64,000 bases of DNA, from positions 7,248 to 71,247 of the forward strand of contig CAZVQW010000015.1 of the NCBI GenBank assembly GCA_964629475.1, written 5' to 3'. The notes below the pieces were generated by a model, which made no database searches, had not been told where the DNA came from, and saw only the letters and a program-made list of their open reading frames with translations. The position numbers were made by a program, and so were the translations under genes. How positions within the stretch are numbered: position 1 is the first letter of the stretch; each line of letters starts with the position of its first letter. Shown piece after piece: positions 9,447-19,896 of this stretch. This DNA is from an uncultured Chromatiaceae bacterium (lineage in GTDB: Bacteria; Pseudomonadota; Gammaproteobacteria; Steroidobacterales; GCA-2729495).

Positions 9447-11666
9447 TCAGGAACCGAGCTGGTAGACGAGCAAGGCGCCTGTATAGCCGAGGCTTGTCAT
9501 GTAAAGCCACGCGAACAGCGGCCATCGCCAGGTATGCGTTTCCCGGTACATGACCGCAATTGTCGCCACACATTGTAAGGCGAACGCATAGAAAACCAGT
9601 AAACCGATGACGACGGGTAACGTGAAGACGCGTGATCCATCATTATGCCTCGCATCGTGCAGTCGGCCGACCAGGGCATTGTTGTCGCTTGCAACGTCGC
9701 CGACGGCGTAGATCGTGCCGAGTACCGCGATGACAACCTCGCGTGCCGGGAAGCCGGCAATCACGGCCGAAGAAATTTTCCAGTCCCATCCGAGCGGTGC
9801 GAAGACCGGTGCGACAAATCTGCCGGTGCGGCCGAGCAGACTCTGTTCGAGCAAAGTTGACGCCTCGAGCCGGTCGAGCTCGGCAAGTTGCCGGTCGAGC
9901 GTCTCGCCGTGCAGGGTCGTCTCGGCAACCGACCGGCGGTTATCGTAGTCATCCAGAATTGTTTGCGGTCGCGGGAAATAGGCAAGAGCCCAGATCAATA
10001 CGGCGACAGCAAAAATAATTGTACCGGCGCGAGTCAGGAAAATTTTTGCTCTGGCGAGTAACTTGATCAATACAGAATGGATGTCCGGTAATCGATAGGG
10101 CGGTATTTCGATCAGGAATGTCGGCGTCGGACCTCGTAACGCGGTTTTCTTCAGCAGCAATGCCGTTATGATGCCGCCGATGATGCCGAGCAGGTATAAC
10201 CCGAGAAGGACGAGGCCCTGCAGGTTGATGAACCCGGCAAGGAAATACCGTTCCGGTACAAAGGCGCTGATCAACAGAGCATAAACGGGCAGACGCGCGG
10301 AACACGTCATCATCGGTGCCGACAGCATCGTCGCGATCCGATCGCGTCGTTCCGGGATGACCCGTGTCGCCATGATTCCCGGTACGGCACACGCGTAGCT
10401 CGACAACATCGGGATAAACGATTGTCCGGACAACCCGACACTGCGCATGATTCGATCGGCCATGAAGGCGACGCGCGGCATATAACCTGAATCTTCAAGA
10501 AAGATAATGAATGCAAACAGGATCAGAATCTGGGGCAGGAAGATCACGACGCTGCCGACGCCGGCGATGACACCGTCCACGAGCAGGCTGGCCAATGCGC
10601 CCTCCGGCAAGGCCATTGCAAGAGTCCTGCTCAGGCCGGTCGCTGCACCATCGATCAATTCCATCAGTGGCGTTGCCCACGAGAAGACCGCCTGAAATAC
10701 CGTCGCCATGACCAGTACGAACAGAATGACGCTGATGACCGGCCGGTTGGTGGCCTGGTCAAAACGTTCGCTCAATGTGATAACCGACTCGGAACGGGTC
10801 TCGACATTATTGAGGATCGTGTCGATCAAGTCGTAGCGTGCCTTTGCTTCCTTCGCCGCGAGCGAGCTTCCGGAGCTCAATTTTTCGCGCAGAACTTCGA
10901 GTTCGCGGAGCAGTCGTTCGCCGGCAATGTCTGCGAAACGCCGTTCTGCCATGCCATGCACATCAATGAGCGCCCGTTCGATTTCGTAGGGCGTCAGGTG
11001 GTGTCCGGCATCGCCCAGTCTGTGCCACAGTTCGTTGGCTGCAGCGTGCACGATGGGCAACAGGATGGGTCGTTCGGGTGGACGCTCGTTGATGGCGGAC
11101 GTCAGGGTTTGCTCCAGCTGATCGAGACCGACATGGCTGCTGGCGATGACCGGTACGACGCGAATGCCGAGGGTAGAGGCCAGTTGCTCGCAATTGATCT
11201 TGATGCCTTTTTTCTCGGCAAGGTCGAGCATGTTGACCGCCAACACAATGGGAATATCGAGTTCGGCCAGTTGCGTGATGAGAAACAGGTTGCGCCGCAG
11301 GTTTGCCGCGTCGGCTATGGCAAGTATGGCTTTCGGTTTGGTCAGCGACTCGATCTGACCGAGCAACACATCGATCGTGATCATTTCATCCGGCGAGTGG
11401 GCCGACAGGGAGTAGGTTCCCGGCAGGTCGACGAGAGTCGCATCCCGGCCGCCAATCTCGATCGTGCCGGTGTGGCGTTCGACTGTGACACCGGGATAAT
11501 TCGCGGTCTTTTGCTTGAGTCCGGTCAGATGGTTAAAAACGGTGCTCTTGCCGGTGTTCGGATTGCCGATCAGTGCGACGACGGTCTGCGCAGTATCCCG
11601 TAATTCGGTATCGCTGTTCTTACGATTTGTAGCCGCGCCGCCGGCGACAGTGCCGGGCTTATCCAT
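9447..11666 (-). CDS. feoB: Ferrous iron transporter FeoB
   Basis: N-terminal G domain (GNPNTGKSTVFN, DLPGTYS) followed by a polytopic membrane domain. 8-nt overlap with feoA. Confidence 0.95.
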   Translation of the reverse strand: MDKPGTVAGGAATNRKNSDTELRDTAQTVVALIGNPNTGKSTVFNHLTGLKQKTANYPGVTVERHTGTIEIGGRDATLVDLPGTYSLSAHSPDEMITIDVLLGQIESLTKPKAILAIADAANLRRNLFLITQLAELDIPIVLAVNMLDLAEKKGIKINCEQLASTLGIRVVPVIASSHVGLDQLEQTLTSAINERPPERPILLPIVHAAANELWHRLGDAGHHLTPYEIERALIDVHGMAERRFADIAGERLLRELEVLREKLSSGSSLAAKEAKARYDLIDTILNNVETRSESVITLSERFDQATNRPVISVILFVLVMATVFQAVFSWATPLMELIDGAATGLSRTLAMALPEGALASLLVDGVIAGVGSVVIFLPQILILFAFIIFLEDSGYMPRVAFMADRIMRSVGLSGQSFIPMLSSYACAVPGIMATRVIPERRDRIATMLSAPMMTCSARLPVYALLISAFVPERYFLAGFINLQGLVLLGLYLLGIIGGIITALLLKKTALRGPTPTFLIEIPPYRLPDIHSVLIKLLARAKIFLTRAGTIIFAVAVLIWALAYFPRPQTILDDYDNRRSVAETTLHGETLDRQLAELDRLEASTLLEQSLLGRTGRFVAPVFAPLGWDWKISSAVIAGFPAREVVIAVLGTIYAVGDVASDNNALVGRLHDARHNDGSRVFTLPVVIGLLVFYAFALQCVATIAVMYRETHTWRWPLFAWLYMTSLGYTGALLVYQLGS

Positions 11667-11889
11667 CGCTGGTTGCCACCGTTATTTTCCGTGCTTCGTC
11701 ACGCCGCAATGACAGGCGATAGCCCATGATTTCAATCTCGATCGGGTCGCCGCCAATTGCCTTGCGAGTCAACGAGATATCCGCACCCTCGAGCAAACCC
11801 AGGGCCATCAGGCGCTGAACGAATGGACCCTCGCCGCCGATAGCGGTGATTTTGGCCGTCTGGCCGGCGGTTAACTGGTCAAGTGTCAT
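11659..11889 (-). CDS. feoA: Ferrous iron transport protein FeoA
   Basis: 76-aa SH3-like FeoA (LTAGQTAKITAIGGEGPFVQRLMALGLLEG), directly upstream of feoB. Confidence 0.9.
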   Translation of the reverse strand: MTLDQLTAGQTAKITAIGGEGPFVQRLMALGLLEGADISLTRKAIGGDPIEIEIMGYRLSLRRDEARKITVATSDG

Positions 11890-11929
11890 TGGAAGGGCTT
11901 TAGTTTGACAGGATTCGAGACTATGGATT

Positions 11930-11948
11930 CTAAATGAGAATCATTACT
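11930..11948 (-). promoter_or_regulatory. Fur box overlapping the feoA promoter
   Basis: CTAAATGAGAATCATTACT matches the 19-bp consensus GATAATGATAATCATTATC at 13/19 positions with an intact central ATGA-AATCATT core. It lies 41-59 nt upstream of the feoA ATG. A TATAAG -10-like hexamer abuts it on the coding strand. Confidence 0.65.
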
Positions 11949-12059
11949 GCTTATAGTTTCGGGTATAAGGGTTTTCCGAAACAGAATTTATTTCGGAGAA
12001 TCCGCGGGATTCGGAGATAAATGACGCCGGGCTTCCAGTCGGCGGTGAGCCTGTGCAGG

Positions 12060-13211
12060 TCAGGTCGTAGGCGAAGTTTTGCGTGAGGCCATTAGCGCCT
12101 GAACTTCATGTTCGTAGGCTCTCGCAAACTCGTTTCTGAAGGCTTCGGGAGCCTTGCCGTCTTCGGCCTGGGTCATCACCTGAAAACACTCTTGATAGAG
12201 TTCCCAGTATTTGAGTTTGTTTGTTCCGGACAGCAGCGGTTTGCGTTTCAGTCCCTGGTCGAACTGCGAGCTCAACTCGTCGGGATCGAATCTTTCGAGG
12301 AATTCCTTTAGCGCGAGCAACATGGCCTTGGGTACGGCACGCTCATGTTGCTGGATTTCCCTGAACGAGACCTGCACGGCTTCGACGGATGACAGGTACG
12401 ATTCTGTGTGATCACCGAGCAGGTATTTCAATGCATCGGCGGTTGTCGGGGAAAATTTCAGCGGATTATTCTGCTTGCCCTGGATCAGAGTCTGCGGCAG
12501 GCGGTAGGTATCCTTCAGGCGGGTACGCTCCTGTATCAGGTCGGTCAGTCCGCTGACGAAACTGTTCAACAGTTGACCGGCCATCTGTAATACCTCGGAC
12601 GGCACAGTTCCGGCCAGGTCGCCGGGTTTCAGGCCGGCGGCTTCAATCAGGATGCCGACGGCCTTATCTTCGGCGATGTGCTTTGATGACTGGGGATCGG
12701 TCAGTTTCGACAACGCAATGCGTTCGCTGAGTTGCGATGCGCCGTCACCCTGCAGGTGTTGTGCCAGAGCTTTGTCTTCGACCATCTTGTCTTCGTCGAC
12801 CAGCAGGAGTTCAACAGAATCGTCTTCCGGCACGAGTTGTGCGCGAATAACCGAGTCACGCATGCCGTCGTCAATCAGATCTTCATCGTCTTCCGTCAAT
12901 TCGATCTGAATATCGAATTCGCCGATGCGCAGGCGGTCACCGTCAAACAGACGTTGCGGGTGTCCCCGCCCAACCGGTTCGTCAGCACCATTGACGTAAA
13001 CGCCGTTTCGACTCGTATCGATGAGGTAGTAGGCCCCGGACTGGAAGTCGATCAATGCGTGCCGGCCCGATACGTAGCATTTAGGATCGGGCAGGACCCA
13101 GTCATTGTCCGCATTTCGACCGATGGTTCCACCACAAGCTATGAATTCCGTGCACGGCTCGTCGTCGAATTGATCGCGGTTTTGACTGGTGATGCTCAAA
13201 CGCAAAGGCAT
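12060..13211 (-). CDS. FHA-domain protein of the TagH (type VI secretion-associated Fha) type, orphan
   Basis: N-terminal FHA domain (GGTIGRNADNDWVLPDPKCYVSGRHALI...NGVYVNG). The C-terminal region carries the NPLKF motif, and the overall layout is as in TagH. Confidence 0.7.
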   Translation of the reverse strand: MPLRLSITSQNRDQFDDEPCTEFIACGGTIGRNADNDWVLPDPKCYVSGRHALIDFQSGAYYLIDTSRNGVYVNGADEPVGRGHPQRLFDGDRLRIGEFDIQIELTEDDEDLIDDGMRDSVIRAQLVPEDDSVELLLVDEDKMVEDKALAQHLQGDGASQLSERIALSKLTDPQSSKHIAEDKAVGILIEAAGLKPGDLAGTVPSEVLQMAGQLLNSFVSGLTDLIQERTRLKDTYRLPQTLIQGKQNNPLKFSPTTADALKYLLGDHTESYLSSVEAVQVSFREIQQHERAVPKAMLLALKEFLERFDPDELSSQFDQGLKRKPLLSGTNKLKYWELYQECFQVMTQAEDGKAPEAFRNEFARAYEHEVQALMASRKTSPTT

Positions 13212-13452
13212 CCATGCTCTCCAAAGTGGATGTCAGCGACCTCAGGCCACGTGCTTAGTCGCAAAGTTGGTTTCCCGGTGACCATGATGGCGGATCGAGT
13301 GGCCGCCGGATGGGCCGCAGTTCACAGTTTGCCGGTGCTCCGACCGCCGTCGAACTGCGCTATAATTCGCGCCCCGCCGCTTTGGGTTCGGTGGATTCGG
13401 GTTCCATTTGACTTAATACAAGCTTGACGAATAACTGGAGGCTCCTTTCGCG

Positions 13453-13797
13453 ATGACGAAACGGCTGCTGTATCGAATTGTTTTCATGAATCAGGGCAAG
13501 ATTTACGAAATCTACGCCCGCAGTATTGCGCACGGTGAATTGTTCGGTTTTATCGAGGTCGAGGACATCGTGTTCGGCGAACGCAGTTCGGTCGTCGTCG
13601 ATCCGTCTGAAGAACGTATCAAATCGGAATTTGCCGGTGTGCAGCGCACGTATTTACCCATGCATTCGGTACTTCGTATCGACCAGGTCGAAAAGCAGGG
13701 CGTCAGCAAGATCAGCGACGCCTCGGGCGATAACGTTGCGCAGTTTCCGTTGCCGATATACACACCCGGCGGTGCGGGCGGTGACAAGAGTCAATGA
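13453..13797 (+). CDS. DUF1820 family protein
   Basis: [37 protein letters not shown] matches the DUF1820 pattern as I remember it. 114 aa, upstream of purL. Confidence 0.65.
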   Translation: MTKRLLYRIVFMNQGKIYEIYARSIAHGELFGFIEVEDIVFGERSSVVVDPSEERIKSEFAGVQRTYLPMHSVLRIDQVEKQGVSKISDASGDNVAQFPLPIYTPGGAGGDKSQ

Positions 13798-13838
13798 TTC
13801 GAGATACCGGCGGTAACTCCCGATCGCCTGAACCAGCC

Positions 13839-16800
13839 ATGTTAGAACTAAAAGGTTCCGCCGCATTATCCCCGTTTCGGCTCGATGCGCTGCAATCCCG
13901 CATCCGTGCAGTTGTTGCCGGTGTCGAGCAGATTGAGGCCGATTACATTCATTTTGTGGAGGTTGCGACAAAACTCGATGAACACGAGCGTGCAGTCCTC
14001 GAAAACCTGCTGACCTACGGCCCCGAAGTTTGCACCGCGCAGACGCCATCCGTGCAAGACGCGCAAGCTCTGCATTGCATCAGGCTGCTCGTGATTCCAC
14101 GCATTGGCACCATTTCACCCTGGTCTTCCAAGGCAAGCGACATTGCTCGCATCTGCGGTCTGACGTCTGTTGCCCGTATCGAGCGTGGTATCGAGTTCTC
14201 GTTATATAGCCGAAAAGTATTGAGTTTGTCTGAACGCGATCAGGTGACCGCCTGTCTGCATGACCGGATGACAGAATCGGTTGTGACCGGGAACGGAGAT
14301 CTCGATGCGCTGTTTGCACACCATGATCCGACACCGCTGGCAACCGTCCCGTTGATGTCTGAAGGCAGGTCCGCTCTGGAGCAGGCAAATACCGGACTCG
14401 GGCTTGCGCTGTCGGGTGACGAGATGGATTATCTCGTCGAAAAATTTTCCGAGCTCGAACGTGATCCTACGGATGCCGAGTTGATGATGTTTGCGCAGGC
14501 CAATTCCGAGCACTGCCGGCACAAGATTTTCAATGCGCGCTGGATTATCGACGGTGAGGAGCAGGCAGACAGCCTGTTTGACATGATTCGCTCAACGCAT
14601 GCGACGAATCCCGACCGGGTGCTCAGTGCTTATCATGACAATGCAGCCGTCATGCGGGGCGGTGATGCGCAGCGCATCGTCAGCGACATCGAGACCGGCG
14701 AATATACGTTGTTTGCCGAACCTGTGCATACGCTCATGAAGGTTGAAACGCACAATCATCCGACCGCGATCGCTCCGTTTCCAGGTGCGGCGACCGGCAG
14801 TGGCGGTGAAATTCGCGATGAGGGAGCGACCGGCCGTGGCGCACGACCGAAAGCCGGTCTGACCGGGTTTTCCGTGTCGCACCTGCGGCTTCCCGACGAC
14901 GAGCAGCCCTGGGAGAGCGGGTTAGGTAAACCCGAACGCATCGCATCGTCACTGGACATCATGCTCGAAGGGCCGATTGGCGGCGCCGCTTTCAATAACG
15001 AATTTGGACGTCCGAACATCCTGGGTTATTTTCGTACGTTTGAAACACTGCATGCAGATGATCCGAGTCGTTCATGGGGTTATCACAAGCCGATCATGAT
15101 TGCCGGTGGCCTCGGCAGTATTCGCGGCGACGATGTCGACAAGCTGGATGTCCCGCCCGGTGCATTGTTGATCGTGCTCGGCGGTCCGGCCATGTTAATT
15201 GGCCTCGGTGGCGGTGCGGCGTCATCGATGGGCAGCGGCACGAGTTCCGAGGCGCTCGACTTTGCCTCGGTGCAACGGGGGAACCCGGAAATGCAGCGTC
15301 GTGCACAGCAGGTCCTCGACGGTTGCTGGGCAACCGGACTGAACGGCGACGGTAACCCGATCATCCTCGTGCACGATGTGGGTGCCGGCGGTTTGTCGAA
15401 TGCGGTGCCTGAGGTCGTCGACCACAGTAAGCGCGGTGCCGAGGTGCAGCTGCGTAACATTCCGAATGCCGAACCGGGCATGTCGCCGCTTGAAATCTGG
15501 TGTAACGAGGCTCAGGAACGCTACGTCCTGACGATTGCACCTGCGGACCTCGATTGGTTCGAGTCGGTCTGTCAGCGTGAGCGCTGCCCTTATGCCGTTC
15601 TGGGTACTCTCGACGATTCGGGTGTGTTGCGCGTGGTCGATGAACTAGCCGGCAACCGACCGGTCGAGTTGCCGATGGATGTTTTGCTCGGCAAGCTGCC
15701 CAAGACCGTCATGGAAATCCGGCGTGGGCGTGCCGCAACCGGGGATGCCCGGTTTTCCGGCCTCGACATCGACGACGCCTGCCGTCGTGTCCTGCGTTTC
15801 CCGACCGTTGCCGACAAGTCGTTCCTGATTCATATCGGTGACCGCACGGTCGGCGGACTCGTAGTGCGCGATCAATTTGTCGGGCCCTGGCAGGTGCCGG
15901 TTGCCGATGCCGGCGTTACGGCACTCGACTATGAAGGCTATCGCGGCGAGGCGATGGCCATGGGCGAACGCACACCCGTCGCCGTGCTCGATCCGGCCGC
16001 ATCCGGACGGCTGGCGATCGGCGAGGCGATCACGAATATTGCGGCCGCCTCTGTAGAGACGCTCGATCGGATCTGCCTGTCGGCAAACTGGATGGCTGCC
16101 AGCGGCGTTGCCGGCGAAGACGAGGCATTGTTCGATACGGTCACGGCCGCCGCGACTTTGTGCCGCGCACTGCGCATTGCCGTGCCGGTCGGCAAGGATT
16201 CGTTGTCGATGCAGACGCGTTGGCAGCATGACGGGCAGGATGTCGCGGTCGTCGCGCCGGTGTCTTTGATCGTCTCTGCATTCGCGCCGGTTGCCGATGT
16301 GCGCAAATCGCTGACGCCGCAGCTCATCAACGAACAGGATACGGTGTTGTGTCTCGTGGATCTGGCCAATGGACGTGATCGTCTCGGCGCTTCGACGCTC
16401 GCGCAATGTTTCGGCATCGACGGCGGGACACCGCCGGATGTCGATGATCCGGCGGTACTGGCGGGGTTCTTCGCCGCCATCCAGGCGCTGAATAATGATC
16501 GGATCATTCTCGCCTATCACGACCGGTCAGACGGCGGTTTGCTGGCTACGCTCTGTGAGATGACCTTTGCCGGTCATCTGGGTATCGATGTCGATTTGTC
16601 ATCACGCGACGATGGACTCGCCGCGCTGTTTGCCGAGGAACTCGGTGCCGTCGTGCAGGTACGCAGGTCCGACCTGCCGCGTGTGCAAGCAGCATTCGAC
16701 CACCATGACCTGGGTGCTGCCGTGTCGATAATCGGCACCGTTGTCGATGCCGATCGAGTGCATATCGGTCTTGCCGATGGTTCACTCGATTATTCACGCA

Positions 16801-17753
16801 CTGCATTGCACGCAATCTGGTCGACAGTCAGCCACCGGATGCAGACGCTGCGTGACAACCCGGTAACGGCGGACGAAGGATTGCGCGCTACGCTCGATGC
16901 GACGGATCCTGGTCTGAGCCCCCACCTGACATTTGATCCGGGTGTTTCTCCGGCAGCACCATTTGTGTCGACCGGCGTCCGTCCCGGTGTCGCGATTCTC
17001 AGGGAGCAGGGCGTCAACAGCCATGTCGAGATGGCTGCCGCGTTCAATCGGGCGGGCTTTAAGGCCATCGATGTTCATATGACCGATATCCTCGCCGGGC
17101 GCGTGGATCTCGATGAATTTGCCGGCCTGGTTGCCTGCGGTGGATTCTCTTACGGCGACGTGCTCGGCGCCGGAGGCGGTTGGGCCAAATCGATCCTGTT
17201 CAATGGCCGTGCGCGCGAACAGTTCGAGACCTTCTTCGCGCGACCCGACAGTTTTACGCTGGGTGTCTGTAACGGCTGCCAGATGCTGTCGGCATTGCAG
17301 TCGATTATTCCCGGTGCGGATCATTGGCCGCGGTTCGTGCAGAACCTGTCGGAGCAATTCGAGGCCCGGCTCAGCCTGGTCGAGATTGTCGAATCACCGT
17401 CTGTATTCCTGCGCGACATGGTTGGCAGTCGCCTGTTGATCGCGACGTCGCATGGCGAAGGCAGGGCGGAATTTCACCATGCGGGCGACCTCGAACATCT
17501 CGTGGAATCGAACCGACTCGCCGTACGTTATGTCGATAATGCCGGTCTGCCGGCCGACAGTTACCCGGCCAATCCAAATGGTTCTCCGGACGGTGCGGCC
17601 GGCTTCTGTTCGGCCGATGGGCGCGTCACGATCCTGATGCCACACCCGGAGCGTGTATTCCGCTCGGTTCAGCATTCATGGTGCCCGGCAGAGTGGGGCG
17701 AGGATGGTCCGTGGATGCGGATGTTCTATAACGCCCGGGCGTGGATCGACTGA
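13839..17753 (+). CDS. purL: Phosphoribosylformylglycinamidine synthase (large single-chain PurL)
   Basis: Canonical N-terminus [14 protein letters not shown] at ATG 13839, so the track ORF is extended 15 codons upstream. AIR-synthase-like repeats and a C-terminal glutaminase domain ([13 protein letters not shown]). Confidence 0.95.
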   Translation: MLELKGSAALSPFRLDALQSRIRAVVAGVEQIEADYIHFVEVATKLDEHERAVLENLLTYGPEVCTAQTPSVQDAQALHCIRLLVIPRIGTISPWSSKASDIARICGLTSVARIERGIEFSLYSRKVLSLSERDQVTACLHDRMTESVVTGNGDLDALFAHHDPTPLATVPLMSEGRSALEQANTGLGLALSGDEMDYLVEKFSELERDPTDAELMMFAQANSEHCRHKIFNARWIIDGEEQADSLFDMIRSTHATNPDRVLSAYHDNAAVMRGGDAQRIVSDIETGEYTLFAEPVHTLMKVETHNHPTAIAPFPGAATGSGGEIRDEGATGRGARPKAGLTGFSVSHLRLPDDEQPWESGLGKPERIASSLDIMLEGPIGGAAFNNEFGRPNILGYFRTFETLHADDPSRSWGYHKPIMIAGGLGSIRGDDVDKLDVPPGALLIVLGGPAMLIGLGGGAASSMGSGTSSEALDFASVQRGNPEMQRRAQQVLDGCWATGLNGDGNPIILVHDVGAGGLSNAVPEVVDHSKRGAEVQLRNIPNAEPGMSPLEIWCNEAQERYVLTIAPADLDWFESVCQRERCPYAVLGTLDDSGVLRVVDELAGNRPVELPMDVLLGKLPKTVMEIRRGRAATGDARFSGLDIDDACRRVLRFPTVADKSFLIHIGDRTVGGLVVRDQFVGPWQVPVADAGVTALDYEGYRGEAMAMGERTPVAVLDPAASGRLAIGEAITNIAAASVETLDRICLSANWMAASGVAGEDEALFDTVTAAATLCRALRIAVPVGKDSLSMQTRWQHDGQDVAVVAPVSLIVSAFAPVADVRKSLTPQLINEQDTVLCLVDLANGRDRLGASTLAQCFGIDGGTPPDVDDPAVLAGFFAAIQALNNDRIILAYHDRSDGGLLATLCEMTFAGHLGIDVDLSSRDDGLAALFAEELGAVVQVRRSDLPRVQAAFDHHDLGAAVSIIGTVVDADRVHIGLADGSLDYSRTALHAIWSTVSHRMQTLRDNPVTADEGLRATLDATDPGLSPHLTFDPGVSPAAPFVSTGVRPGVAILREQGVNSHVEMAAAFNRAGFKAIDVHMTDILAGRVDLDEFAGLVACGGFSYGDVLGAGGGWAKSILFNGRAREQFETFFARPDSFTLGVCNGCQMLSALQSIIPGADHWPRFVQNLSEQFEARLSLVEIVESPSVFLRDMVGSRLLIATSHGEGRAEFHHAGDLEHLVESNRLAVRYVDNAGLPADSYPANPNGSPDGAAGFCSADGRVTILMPHPERVFRSVQHSWCPAEWGEDGPWMRMFYNARAWID

Positions 17754-17895
17754 TTCTTCACGGCTTAAATGCCGGATACGAGAGGGTCAGTGTCAACCGA
17801 TAGCGATCCACCCCGTTAGAACCCATATACAGGTGCAGACGCCAGAATTCCGCATGATCCGGAAAAATGGCGGTGATACGCAATTGATATATGGT

Positions 17896-18516
17896 ATGAG
17901 CTCTTCAGGCAATGAATTGACGATGGACTATGATGGTCTGGGCGGCGCTCAGGAGGAACTGGCACTGAAAGAGCGGCTGGCGATGGATCGGTTTCTCGCC
18001 GATGTTGAGCGGCGTGCATTTCGCATCGCCGCTATTAACGTGCGCAATGACGACGATGCGCTGGATATCGTGCAGGATGCGATGTTCCGGTTTACGCGTG
18101 CCTATTCAAAACGCCCGGAAGAACAATGGCCGCCGCTCTTTTTTCGAGTTTTGCGCAATCGAATAATCGATCATCACCGGAGTCAGTCAGTACGCAGACG
18201 AATCTTCACGTGGTTTTCCAAAGGTGGGGGTGTGGATGAACCCGACGAGCTTAATGACCCGGGGGTATTTGCACCGGACCGGGGTATGCGAAACCCGGAA
18301 CAGCAGGCCGGGCTGGATGGTGCAATGGTAGCCTTGGAGCAAGCAGTCGGCGATTTGCCCGAGCGGCAGCGTGAGGCCTTTTTGCTGCGCGCACTGGAAG
18401 GACTGAATGTTGCGGACACTGCGAGCACGATGGGTTGCAGTGACGGTAGCGTCAAACAGCATTATTACAGGGCGGTACGCAGTCTGCGCGCCGCACTCGG
18501 AGAACACTGGTCATGA
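17896..18516 (+). CDS. ECF-type RNA polymerase sigma factor
   Basis: Region 2 (DALDIVQDAMFRFTRAY...FFRVLRNRIIDHHR) and region 4 (LPERQREAFLLRALEGLNVADTASTMGCSDGSVKQHYYRAVRSLR). The start is uncertain (ATG 17854, 17896 or 17923). The track ORF start at 17653 lies inside purL. Confidence 0.85.
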   Translation: MSSSGNELTMDYDGLGGAQEELALKERLAMDRFLADVERRAFRIAAINVRNDDDALDIVQDAMFRFTRAYSKRPEEQWPPLFFRVLRNRIIDHHRSQSVRRRIFTWFSKGGGVDEPDELNDPGVFAPDRGMRNPEQQAGLDGAMVALEQAVGDLPERQREAFLLRALEGLNVADTASTMGCSDGSVKQHYYRAVRSLRAALGEHWS

Positions 18517-18920
18517 CCAAACGACGACCCGGTAACTTAGATCATGAACTTTCTCCTGAGGACGAAGCATTTGCCCGGCAGTCCGGCGCTCGACTCCGAG
18601 AGTCCAGCGAACGACTCGACGCCGCGACGCTGTCGCGCCTGAATCGCGCCCGGCAGCGGGCACTCGATGAGATGCCGGGCAAGACCCGCATCGGTATCGA
18701 CTGGCGGTTATCGGCCGGGCTCACGGCTTTAGTCGCGATACTTGTGATCGGCTTCTGGCAGATGGGTGATTTTCAGGGCACGGAAATCCAGACTACCCCA
18801 GTACTGGTGGAAGAGATCACAGACTTCGAGTTATTACTGGGGGAAAGCGACCTGGAGATGATCGAAGACCTGGAGTTCTTCGCCTGGTTGTCGAGCGAAG
18901 ACCTGGAGACATCGGGTTGA
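18513..18920 (+). CDS. DUF3619-like single-pass membrane protein, putative anti-sigma partner
   Basis: 4-nt overlap with the sigma gene. The N-terminal segment LDAATLSRLNRARQRALD is typical of DUF3619. One TM helix (LTALVAILVIGFW) and an acidic C-terminus. Confidence 0.6.
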   Translation: MTKRRPGNLDHELSPEDEAFARQSGARLRESSERLDAATLSRLNRARQRALDEMPGKTRIGIDWRLSAGLTALVAILVIGFWQMGDFQGTEIQTTPVLVEEITDFELLLGESDLEMIEDLEFFAWLSSEDLETSG

Positions 18921-19174
18921 AAGCAATCGGGATAATCCCGGCGCTGCTCTGCGGGTTGATGTTTACCGGCATGATCCGGGCGGCCGACGAAGAACCGGAC
19001 CTGGAGCTGATCGAATTCCTCGGTAGCTGGGAGGGGGAGAACGATCAATGGCAGGAATTTTTCGATAGTGTTTCGCAGGTGCAGGCGCCTGCGCCAGAGC
19101 AAGAGCAAGAGCAAGAGCAAGAGACAGTGGGCAGCGATATGAATGACGGGAGCAAACAACATGATGTGGAATAG
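18917..19174 (+). CDS. Small secreted acidic protein, unknown function
   Basis: The TTG start overlaps the upstream TGA (GTTGA), with GGAG 8 nt upstream. Signal peptide KAIGIIPALLCGLMFTGMIRA. Contains an (EQ)4 tract. Confidence 0.5.
   Translation: MKAIGIIPALLCGLMFTGMIRAADEEPDLELIEFLGSWEGENDQWQEFFDSVSQVQAPAPEQEQEQEQETVGSDMNDGSKQHDVE
19097..19123 (+). repeat. Hexanucleotide microsatellite (GAGCAA)x4 plus GAG, in frame (EQEQEQEQE)
   Basis: Read directly as gagcaa gagcaa gagcaa gagcaa gag, inside the 85-aa ORF. Confidence 0.9.
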
Positions 19175-19778
19175 CCGCCAGTTGAAAACGGTTCTGGCTA
19201 ACGCGCTCCTGGCGACGATGCTGACGGTCGGTATCGCAATCGCCGAGGAAACGGGCTTTCAGTGGGAACAGTTAGATCAGGAGCAGCAGCGCGTGCTTAA
19301 TAGCTTCTCCGGCGATTGGGCGACGCTGTCGCCGGAGCGACAACGAACTCTCGCCACCGGCGCAGACCGCTGGCTCAACATGAATCCGGAGCAGCGCAAG
19401 CAAGCCGGAAAACGCCTGCAGCGCTGGCAACAATTTACTCCTGATCAACAGCAACGGATTCGAAACCAGTTTCAGCGCTACCGTCAGATGACTCCGCAGC
19501 AACAGGAGCAAACCCGCCGAAACTTTCAGCGTTTCAGGCAGTTGCCGCCGGAGCAACGTCAAGAGTTGCGCGAGCGTTTCGAGAGCATGAGTCCGGAGCA
19601 GCGCAAACAGATGCGTGAGCGCAGAGAGAATCTGACACCGGAACAACGGCAGCAGATGCGTAAGCGCTGGGAAAATATGAGCCCGGAACAACGGCAAAAA
19701 GTTCGCGATCGCTTGCAGCAACAGCAACGACGGCCGAATCAACAATCGTCGCAGAAATCGGGGAACAGGTCTCGATAG
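19161..19778 (+). CDS. DUF3106 domain protein with eight (S/T)P(E/D/Q)Q(R/Q) repeats
   Basis: Signal peptide MMWNSRQLKTVLANALLATMLTVGIAIA. Repeats are LSPERQR, MNPEQRK, FTPDQQQ, MTPQQQE, LPPEQRQ, MSPEQRK, LTPEQRQ and MSPEQRQ. GGGAG lies 8 nt upstream of ATG 19161. Confidence 0.75.
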   Translation: MMWNSRQLKTVLANALLATMLTVGIAIAEETGFQWEQLDQEQQRVLNSFSGDWATLSPERQRTLATGADRWLNMNPEQRKQAGKRLQRWQQFTPDQQQRIRNQFQRYRQMTPQQQEQTRRNFQRFRQLPPEQRQELRERFESMSPEQRKQMRERRENLTPEQRQQMRKRWENMSPEQRQKVRDRLQQQQRRPNQQSSQKSGNRSR

Positions 19779-19896
19779 CCGTATTGTTTTCCGCCGCAGA
19801 CTCTGTCACCGGCATTCGCATTCGTCCGCTGTGTCAACCGACCGGACATCTGCTCGTTAAAGATCCCGTGAGTTTAATTTTCTCAGGGAGAGTACG

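Noticed and set aside
17819-17843. GAAC-N17-CGCC as an autoregulated ECF promoter upstream of the sigma gene.
   Set aside because: Only the GAAC -35 core fits, and the -10 is not the usual CGTC/TCTGA type. It is too weak to annotate as a feature and is mentioned only as something to test.
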